NCBI GenBank assembly: GCA_964469215.1
Contig: CAYXYB010000004.1
Span: forward strand, 103,744 to 167,743
Origin: an uncultured Lentimicrobiaceae bacterium
GTDB taxonomy: Bacteria > Bacteroidota > Bacteroidia > Bacteroidales > SKPS01
Length of the DNA stretch: 64,000 nt
Direction of reading: 5' to 3'
Position numbers and translations under genes: made by a program. Shown piece after piece: positions 56,541 through 64,000 of this stretch. The first letter of the stretch is position 1. The number at the start of each line of letters is the position of its first letter. The notes below the pieces were generated by a model. It searched no databases. It was not told the origin of the DNA and saw only the letters and a list, made by a program, of their open reading frames with translations.

Positions 56541-57377
56541 AAGAAAATTTTCCTCACATAGGACTTGCCAGGCTGTGTGGATGGTTTGGTATCACCCGGC
56601 AGGCGTATTATCAGGAAAGCTGGAAGCAAATGGACAAAGGAGTTGAAACAGAAGTACTGCTCAAAGAAGTGCTGAGAATACGAAAAGACCATAAGAGGAT
56701 TGGAACGCGCAAGCTATACGAAATGCTTACACCATTTATGATGGAGCATCAGATAAAAATAGGCAGGGATAAATTGTTTGACCTTCTTTCAGCCCATCAT
56801 CTGCTCATTCGCAGGCGCAGAAGGAATATCCGTACGACCTTTTCCAATCACTGGCTCAGAAAAATATCCGGACCTGATTCGCGGTTTTACCCCAACGGCC
56901 CCCAATCAACTTTGGGTAAGCGATATAACTTATTGGAAAGTAAGCAAACACAAGGTCTATATTACTTTCATTACTGATGCATTCTCCCATAAAATTGTCG
57001 GGTACAATCTGGCTGAAACACTTGAAGCCTTAGAAAGCCTCAAAGCGCTCAAGATGGCTTTACAGCCCTTTGATGGGGCTGTTAGCCATCTTATCCACCA
57101 CTCAGATAGAGGATTGCAGTATTGTAGTCATGAATACGTTAAAATGCTTAATAAATATGATATTAGGATCAGTATGACCGAATCCGGAGATCCTTTGGAG
57201 AACCCGGTTGCTGAGCGAGTAAATGGTATCATAAAAGAAGAATATCTTGAACCGCAAGGGCTAAAATCAATTAAAGAAGCCATTACTTATTTGCATAAGG
57301 CTATTGCACTGTACAACACCGAAAAGCCTCACATGAGTATAAGCAACTATACGCCCGACAAGATACATCATTCCTAA
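56537..57377 (+). pseudogene. IS3-family transposase OrfB (DDE/rve integrase core), frameshifted
   Basis: Homology runs in frame A up to ...TTFSNHWLRK, then continues in frame B as YPDLIRGFTPTAPNQLWVSDITY...HSDRGLQY...NPVAERVNG. The switch occurs at a 5-A run (56860-56864), where 4 A would keep the frame. Confidence 0.7.
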
Positions 57378-57644
57378 GAGTCAATTCAGGTCAAACGAAT
57401 CTGGAAGAACTACTATCCAAAGAAAACGTCTCCTGTAAACTCATATCAGGATTAATATTAACTTTGTAAATGAATAACCGGATTATAAACAAAAACTGTA
57501 AACTTTTTTCAGGACGAGACAAAATTCTGCCGACCCACATTGCACACATTACCAAAGCCCCACGAGCCAACGCTGCAACCAAAGCTTTGTCAAAGAGTGC
57601 AATCTTGCTGACCCTCTTAAAAGAAACTTCTAAAAGATATTTAT

Positions 57645-60600
57645 ATGCCTAAGATTTTTGACAATATTTCGTTACACCTAAAAACTGGTTTATTAGAAAC
57701 AATTGAAAGTTCATACAGAGCTGACTTTTGTGTAGGATATTTCAATTTAAGAGGTTGGAAATTACTGATGAACCACATTGACCATTTTGAAGGTGAAGAT
57801 AATTGTTGTCGGTTACTCGTTGGAATGCAAAGTCCGGAAGAAAACCTATTAAGACAAGCATTAAGCGAAGCCAAAAAAGGGCTTATGGATAACCCGACTG
57901 CTTTAGCACTCAAAAAAGAAATTGCAAAATCGTTTACAAGACAATTGACATTTGGTATTCCGACTAATGAAGATGAAGAATGTTTGAGAAAGCTTAAAAT
58001 ACAGATTACTGAAAAAAAACTTAAAGTAAAATTATTCCTTGCATATCCTTTACACGCTAAATTGTACTTATGCCATAAAAAAGACAAAGATGCACCTTTG
58101 ATTGGATATGTAGGAAGTAGTAATTTAACAATGGCAGGACTTTCACAACAAGGAGAATTAAATGTAAATGTAGTAGAACAAGATGCTGCCGAAAAACTTG
58201 ATAAATGGTTTGAAGCCAGATGGGAAGACCGCTGGTGTGTTGATATTTCTGACGAACTTGTTCAGATTTTGGAAGAAAGTTGGGCTGGAGAAAGCACTAT
58301 TCCACCTTACTACATTTATTTAAAAATTGCTTATCATCTTTCTCAGGAAGCAAGAAATGGTATCGGAAATTACATAATTCCAAAAATTCTGCAAACAGAC
58401 CTATTGCCCTTTCAGATGAACGCAGTTAGTGTAGCAGCCAGACATTTGGATAAACGAGGCGGTGTACTAATTAGTGATGTTGTAGGTTTGGGTAAAACAA
58501 TGACTGCATCAGCAGTTGCAAAACTTTTTGAAGAAACATTTTTCACTGAAACATTGATCATTTGTCCTAAAAACCTCGTTGAAATGTGGGAAGGATATGT
58601 TCATACCTATCAATTGAGGGCAAAAGTTCATAGCATTTCAAAAGTTGACAAAAAGTTTCTTGAAGAAACAAGGCGATACAGAGTAGTAATAATTGATGAA
58701 AGCCACAATTTAAGAAACAGAGAAGGAAAACGTTACGCCATTGTAAAAGAGTATTTGGAAAGGAACGAAAGCAAAGTTATTCTATTGACTGCAACGCCAT
58801 ACAATAAGGGTTATACCGACATTTCTAATCAGTTACGTTTATTTATTCCTGAAGACAAGGATATTGGCATTGCACCTGAGAATTTCATTCGTGATGTCGG
58901 AGGACCAATTGAATTTATTGCAAACTATCAATACTCACCGAATACATTGCTTGCCTTTGAGAAAAGCAATTATTCTGATGATTGGCAAGAACTTCTTAAA
59001 TTATATATGGTTAGACGAACCAGAACTTTCATAAAAGAAAACTATTCAACCTATGATGAAAACAAGAAACAGTTTTATTTAACATTCAATGATGGGAGAA
59101 TTGAATATTTTCCTGACAGATTGCCAAAGAAGATTGAATACTCATTTGACCCGAAAGACAAGAAAGATATTTACGTAAAACTTTACGATGAAGATGTTGT
59201 AAAAATAATCAATGGTTTATACCTTTCTCGTTATGGCTTGGGTAACTACATTGACAAGGAAAAAGAAGTCTTCGCAAATGTAGATGAAAGAAAAATTATT
59301 GCCAATTTAAGCCGTGCAGGTAAAAGATTAATGGGTTTTTGCAGAACCAATCTTTTTAAACGATTAGAAAGCTCAGGTTTCTCTTTTCTTATTTCATTAG
59401 CTCGCCACGTTTTAAGAAACGAAGTTTTTGTTTATGCTATTAAAAATGGTTTGCCATTGCCAATTGGACAACAGGAAAAAGCAGAAATGGACGAGTTTTT
59501 GGAGGAAAACGATAATGGCGAAGGTGTTGTAATGAATCTGATTACCGATGAAGCCGAATACAAGAAGTTAGCAAAGAAATATTACGAAAAATGCGTTCTT
59601 GAAAAAAATAGATACGACTGGATTTCCAGCAATTTGTTTACTGAATCTGTAAAGAAATTATTGATAAAAGATGCAGAAAAAATTATTTCAATACTTGAAA
59701 TTGGTAAAAACTGGAATCCTGATGATGATAAACAATTAAATTCACTTGAAAAACTTTGTGAAAAAGACCATAAGAATGAAAAAATCTTAATCTTTACTCA
59801 ATTTGCAGATACAGCGTATTATCTGTTTGAACACTTGAAAAAAAGAGGGTTAAAAAATATTGCTTGTGCTACTGGCGACCTCGAGAACCCGACAGATTTA
59901 GCTCACAGATTTAGCCCCGTAAGCAATAAAATAAAAAATGTTAAAGATGAAATACGCATTTTGATAAGTACAGATGTTTTAAGTGAAGGACAGAACTTGC
60001 AGGATGCACATATCATTGTAAACTACGATTTGCCTTGGGCTATTATCCGTTTAATTCAAAGGGCTGGACGTGTTGACAGAATTGGACAAGCATCTGATAA
60101 AATATTTTGTTACTCATTTTTGCCACAAGATGGTTTGGAACGCATAATCCGTTTAAGAGGCAGATTGACACAACGTATTAGAGAAAATGCAGAAGCAGTT
60201 GGAACAGACGAAATTTTCTTTGATGGCGACCCTGTAAATATACGCGATTTATACAACGAAAAATCCGGCATACTTGACGATGACGAAGGCGATGTTGACT
60301 TGACTTCACAAGCATATGAAATCTGGAATCAGGCAATAAAAGTCAATCCCGAATTAAAAAAGAAAATTATTAAACTGCCTGATGTTGTTTATTCGACCAA
60401 AGAAAAACACGATGATGGTTTTGAAAACAATAGCGTAATAACTTATCATCGAAATAGTCACGGTTACGAAGTTTTATCTTGGCTAAATGAAAAAGGTGAA
60501 ACTATTTCAACAAGTCAATCCCGAATTTTGAAAATAGCTGAGTGTTCATTAGATACGCCTGCAATTGATAAATTAGAAAATCATCACGATTTAGTGAAGA

Positions 60601-60956
60601 AAGCTGTTTTACTTGCAGAGAACGAAGCAGCAAAATCAGGAGGACAACTTGGAAGCAAATCAAGTGCAAGATATAGGGCTTATGGTATGCTTACCCGCTA
60701 TTATGAGGGTGTAAAAAATACCTTGTTTGATGTGGATGCCTTAAAGAAAACAATTGATGATATTTACCATTATCCGCTTCGAGAAACAGCAAGAGAAATT
60801 ATAAACCGAAGAATAAAGCTGAATTGTTCTGATGATGAAATGGCTTCATTATGTATGCAATTGCGTGACGAAGGGCGACTTTGCATTGTGGAACAAAAAG
60901 ATCAGGATGGTTTCAGAACACCGCATATTCTTTGTTCAATGGGGATTAAAAAATAG
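57645..60956 (+). CDS. HKD (PLD-family) nuclease domain fused to an SNF2-family SF2 helicase/translocase
   Basis: Single HKD motif HAKLYLCHKKD...GYVGSSNLTMAGL (nt about 58053-58133). SNF2 motifs DVVGLGKT, VIIDESHNLRN, LLTATPYNKG, STDVLSEGQNLQDA and QRAGRVDRIGQ. 1103 aa. Confidence 0.85.
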   Translation: MPKIFDNISLHLKTGLLETIESSYRADFCVGYFNLRGWKLLMNHIDHFEGEDNCCRLLVGMQSPEENLLRQALSEAKKGLMDNPTALALKKEIAKSFTRQLTFGIPTNEDEECLRKLKIQITEKKLKVKLFLAYPLHAKLYLCHKKDKDAPLIGYVGSSNLTMAGLSQQGELNVNVVEQDAAEKLDKWFEARWEDRWCVDISDELVQILEESWAGESTIPPYYIYLKIAYHLSQEARNGIGNYIIPKILQTDLLPFQMNAVSVAARHLDKRGGVLISDVVGLGKTMTASAVAKLFEETFFTETLIICPKNLVEMWEGYVHTYQLRAKVHSISKVDKKFLEETRRYRVVIIDESHNLRNREGKRYAIVKEYLERNESKVILLTATPYNKGYTDISNQLRLFIPEDKDIGIAPENFIRDVGGPIEFIANYQYSPNTLLAFEKSNYSDDWQELLKLYMVRRTRTFIKENYSTYDENKKQFYLTFNDGRIEYFPDRLPKKIEYSFDPKDKKDIYVKLYDEDVVKIINGLYLSRYGLGNYIDKEKEVFANVDERKIIANLSRAGKRLMGFCRTNLFKRLESSGFSFLISLARHVLRNEVFVYAIKNGLPLPIGQQEKAEMDEFLEENDNGEGVVMNLITDEAEYKKLAKKYYEKCVLEKNRYDWISSNLFTESVKKLLIKDAEKIISILEIGKNWNPDDDKQLNSLEKLCEKDHKNEKILIFTQFADTAYYLFEHLKKRGLKNIACATGDLENPTDLAHRFSPVSNKIKNVKDEIRILISTDVLSEGQNLQDAHIIVNYDLPWAIIRLIQRAGRVDRIGQASDKIFCYSFLPQDGLERIIRLRGRLTQRIRENAEAVGTDEIFFDGDPVNIRDLYNEKSGILDDDEGDVDLTSQAYEIWNQAIKVNPELKKKIIKLPDVVYSTKEKHDDGFENNSVITYHRNSHGYEVLSWLNEKGETISTSQSRILKIAECSLDTPAIDKLENHHDLVKKAVLLAENEAAKSGGQLGSKSSARYRAYGMLTRYYEGVKNTLFDVDALKKTIDDIYHYPLRETAREIINRRIKLNCSDDEMASLCMQLRDEGRLCIVEQKDQDGFRTPHILCSMGIKK

Positions 60957-60962
60957 GAAACT

Positions 60963-63900
60963 ATGAGTACTATAAGTAAAGAACAGTTTAAGCAGTTTAT
61001 TGAGAATTTCGATTTCATAGGTTTATTTAACCAATTAGGTTGGACATATCTTGATGAACAAACTCCTGTCAGACTAAAGGAGGAAACATATTTATTTTAT
61101 TCCGTTGCTGAAAAGGGCGGTTTCAGAATTTTAGTGTTCAAACCTGTAAAACATCAAGATTTGCCCGATTATGCAACCCGTTTGCAACTTGACAGAAAAA
61201 TTGGTAAACTGTTCCGTGAACATCTTATAATTTTTTGCGATAAAAATGATACAACTCAAATATGGCAATTATTTATTAAGCAGTTAGGCAAACCCTCTCG
61301 ATTGAGTGAAACCCGCTGGCATAAAGGACAAGAACCCGAATTACTTTATCAAAAAACCTCAAATCTGTTTTTCACACTCGACCAGGAAGAAAACATTACA
61401 ATTGCTGATGTTGTTGATGTGGTAAATGAAAACTTTAGTAAGAATGTTGATCAGGTTACCAAAAAGTTTTATGAGAGTTTCCGAAAAGAACATAAAAAAT
61501 TCATTGAACTTATAAAAGGAATTTCGGTCGTAACCGACCGTGAATGGTATGCTTCATTGATGCTCAACCGCTTAATGTTTTGCTACTTCATTCAAAAAAA
61601 AGGCTTTCTTGATAAAAATTTGAATTACCTGAAAGAGAAACTCACCTATTGCCAGACGAAAAAAGGCAAAGACAAATTCTATGTGAGTTTCTATAAAAAT
61701 TTTCTTCTTGCTTTGTTTCATCAGGGTTTAGGTTCGCCCGACCAATCAGAAGAATTGAAAAAAGAAATTGGAAAAATACCCTATTTGAATGGTGGTTTAT
61801 TTGATGTTCACGAACTTGAAAGACTGTATGAGAATATTGATATAAGCGATAAGGCATTCGAAACAATTTTCAATTTCTTTGACCAATATAATTGGCATCT
61901 TGATACAAATATTTCTGCTTCAGGTAAAGACATTAACCCCGATGTAATAGGATTTATTTTTGAAAAATATATTAACGACCGTGCCCAAATGGGTGCGTAT
62001 TATACCAAAGAAGATATTACCGATTACATAAGTAAAAACTGCATTATTCCTTTCTTGTTTGATGAAACGGAACGCAAATATGCAAAAGTATTAAAGCCAG
62101 AAGCTGAAATAATGCAAATACTAAAAGAATCGGGCGATACTTACATTTACGATGCTGTAAAAAAAGGTGTTGATATTCCATTGCCTAAAGAAATTGAAAT
62201 TGGTATTGATACAATTCAACCAAACCTTATTGAAAGACGAAAAGACTGGAATAAGCCAGCTTCGGAAGAATATTCTTTGCCTACAGAAATATGGCGTGAA
62301 GTAGTTGACCGCAGAAAACGCTACACAGAAATTAAAGAGAAAATTGAAAAGGGAGAAATTACTCAAATAAATGATTTTATTACTTACAATTTAAATATTC
62401 GACAGTTTACACAGGATATTATTGATAGCCACAGCGACCCCGATTTTGTCCGACATTTTTACGAAGCATTAAGTAATATTACAATCATTGACCCAACCTG
62501 TGGCTCAGGAGCTTTCCTTTTCGCAGCAATGAATATACTTGAACCACTTTATGAAAGCTGCATACAACGTATGCGAAATTTTATTGAAGATGAAATTGGT
62601 AGGCAATTAGATTTTCCTAGTGATTTAGGGAAAGAAAAACTTAAGGTAAAAACAAAATACGAAATCTTTTCAAAAGAACTTAATAAAGTGTTTGCCCCCG
62701 AACATCCCAACCTGAAATATTTTATTTTCAAAAACATCATTCTTCGCAATTTATATGGCGTAGATATAATGAAAGAAGCTGTTGAAATAGCCAAACTTCG
62801 TTTATTTCTAAAACTTGTTGCAACGGTTGAAGCCGATTATAAGAAGCCAAATCTTGGTCTTGAACCTTTGCCTGATATTGATTTTAATATTCGTTCAGGA
62901 AATACTCTGATTGGCTACGCCACAAAGAAAGAGATTGACGACTTGCAGGGAATGTTTGTTACCCCTAAAATGAAAGAAAAGATTCTGGAAGAATGCGACC
63001 TTGTTTCAAGAGCGTTTCAACGGTTCAAAGAAATACAGTTAAAAGGTTACGAAAACAAAAAAGAGTTTACAAAAGCTAAAACTGAATTGAATAATCGGTT
63101 AGATAAACTTGCTGGAAATCTAAACAAAATTCTGTACAAGCAGCATTACGAAAGTATGGATTATGAGAAATGGTTGGTAACCCATCAACCTTTTCATTGG
63201 TTTGCCGAGTTTTATGAGATTATTAATGGCAATGGTGGTTTTGACGTAGTAATTGGGAATCCACCATACGTGGAATATTCAAAAGTTGTTGACACATATA
63301 AAATAATTAATTACAGAACAGAAAGGTCTGGTAATTTATATGCTTTTGTAATGGAGCGTGTTACAAATATAATTGGTGAAAATGGCACGTTCTCATTTAT
63401 AATTCTAATGGCATCCATAACCACAAAGAGAATGTCTCATTTACGGAGAATACTTCAAGATAATTTTAAAAACAACTACTTCTTAAATCTTGCAGGTGAC
63501 TGGCATCCTGGTAGATTGTTTGATGGTGTTCGAAGTCAGTTCTCTATTTTTGTTGGTAATAATCAATCAAACACTCCTTGTACTTATACAAGTAATTATA
63601 TTCGTTGGGCAAATACGGAAAGAGAGTTTTTGACTATTTCAAAACTCAATTACATTAATAATAAATTCATTAATACTGATGACGTATACCCAAAATTTGG
63701 AATTCCAATTGAAATAAGTATTTGGAATAAGATATTAAAAAATAAAAACTCTTTACCCCTATATTTTAGAAGTTCTGGAAAAAAACTTTTTTATAGAAAT
63801 GCAGGAATTGCATATTATCAGATAGCTATCAATTTTCAACAAAAATTTACAATAAATGGACAGCCATCGGTATCTTCTACTCTTAAATCAATACTAACTG

Positions 63901-64000
63901 AATCTGTTCAGCATAGTAATAGTTTGGCAGCAATATTAAATAGCAATATTTTCTCTTGGTACTATTTCTGTTTTTCTGATTGTTATCATTTAACTTCTGG
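60963..64000 (+). CDS. Large Eco57I/PglX-like gamma-class N6-adenine DNA methyltransferase; 3' end lies outside the window
   Basis: The frame is open from the ATG at 60963 to the window edge, which is why it is absent from the ORF track. Hand translation gives LMLNRLMFCYFIQKKGFL, GAYYTKEDI, motif I DPTCGSGAFL (nt 62490, in frame) and motif IV GNPPY (nt 63255, in frame). The start is 6 nt after the helicase stop. Confidence 0.8.
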   Translation, partial: MSTISKEQFKQFIENFDFIGLFNQLGWTYLDEQTPVRLKEETYLFYSVAEKGGFRILVFKPVKHQDLPDYATRLQLDRKIGKLFREHLIIFCDKNDTTQIWQLFIKQLGKPSRLSETRWHKGQEPELLYQKTSNLFFTLDQEENITIADVVDVVNENFSKNVDQVTKKFYESFRKEHKKFIELIKGISVVTDREWYASLMLNRLMFCYFIQKKGFLDKNLNYLKEKLTYCQTKKGKDKFYVSFYKNFLLALFHQGLGSPDQSEELKKEIGKIPYLNGGLFDVHELERLYENIDISDKAFETIFNFFDQYNWHLDTNISASGKDINPDVIGFIFEKYINDRAQMGAYYTKEDITDYISKNCIIPFLFDETERKYAKVLKPEAEIMQILKESGDTYIYDAVKKGVDIPLPKEIEIGIDTIQPNLIERRKDWNKPASEEYSLPTEIWREVVDRRKRYTEIKEKIEKGEITQINDFITYNLNIRQFTQDIIDSHSDPDFVRHFYEALSNITIIDPTCGSGAFLFAAMNILEPLYESCIQRMRNFIEDEIGRQLDFPSDLGKEKLKVKTKYEIFSKELNKVFAPEHPNLKYFIFKNIILRNLYGVDIMKEAVEIAKLRLFLKLVATVEADYKKPNLGLEPLPDIDFNIRSGNTLIGYATKKEIDDLQGMFVTPKMKEKILEECDLVSRAFQRFKEIQLKGYENKKEFTKAKTELNNRLDKLAGNLNKILYKQHYESMDYEKWLVTHQPFHWFAEFYEIINGNGGFDVVIGNPPYVEYSKVVDTYKIINYRTERSGNLYAFVMERVTNIIGENGTFSFIILMASITTKRMSHLRRILQDNFKNNYFLNLAGDWHPGRLFDGVRSQFSIFVGNNQSNTPCTYTSNYIRWANTEREFLTISKLNYINNKFINTDDVYPKFGIPIEISIWNKILKNKNSLPLYFRSSGKKLFYRNAGIAYYQIAINFQQKFTINGQPSVSSTLKSILTESVQHSNSLAAILNSNIFSWYYFCFSDCYHLTS

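Larger units (their letters stand above)
56052..57518 (+). mobile_element. IS3-family insertion sequence (about 1.47 kb)
   Basis: Terminal inverted repeats CTTGTCCTGAAATAGGTTTACACT (left) and the reverse complement of AACTGTAAACTTTTTTCAGGACGAG (right), matching at about 20 of 24 positions. They enclose orfA and orfB. No target-site duplication was recognised. Confidence 0.7.

Overview
The window looks like a chromosomal segment of an anaerobic Bacteroidota genome. Support for this: several T9SS C-terminal sorting-domain cargo proteins, a PorQ-like gene, a FISUMP-domain protein, and TAnnTTTG-type -7 promoter boxes. No rRNA, tRNA or CRISPR was found.

Layout:
- 1-11.9 kb: housekeeping genes (ComEA-like, POT transporter, rhomboid, smpB, rpsA, ispH, miaA).
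- 12.0-17.1 kb: an hdrC-hdrB-hdrA-like operon that ends in a membrane-anchored HdrD/DsrK-like fusion.
- 17.5-19.6 kb: a divergent OmpR/histidine-kinase pair, followed by asnB.
- 21.6-26.4 kb: a sulfur-compound module with an octaheme cytochrome c, cytochrome b, two YeeE/YedE half-transporters and rhodaneses.
- 28.0-33.8 kb: a TetR-controlled Lol-like ABC module.
- 33.9-55.7 kb: mixed genes, including a DUF2461 pseudogene, a DEAD-box helicase with a long structured leader, a RAYT with a REP-like array, an orphan short DnaE2-like polymerase, T9SS cargo, gdhA, a Crp-family regulator and a receiver/PEP-binding protein.
- 56.05-57.5 kb: an IS3-family element with a frameshifted transposase.
- 57.6 kb to the window edge: an apparently more AT-rich locus. 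It encodes an HKD(PLD)-nuclease fused to an SNF2 helicase, tightly followed by a large Eco57I/PglX-like N6-adenine methyltransferase that is cut off by the window.

The last locus is the best candidate for an unusual defence system (DISARM class 1-, BREX type 3- or Hma-like, but matching none as seen). The second most interesting signal is the Hdr-like operon together with the octaheme/YeeE/rhodanese sulfur module. Several small repeat classes are also reported: 33-bp phased repeats, heptamer arrays next to start codons, and a dispersed 50-bp hairpin element.
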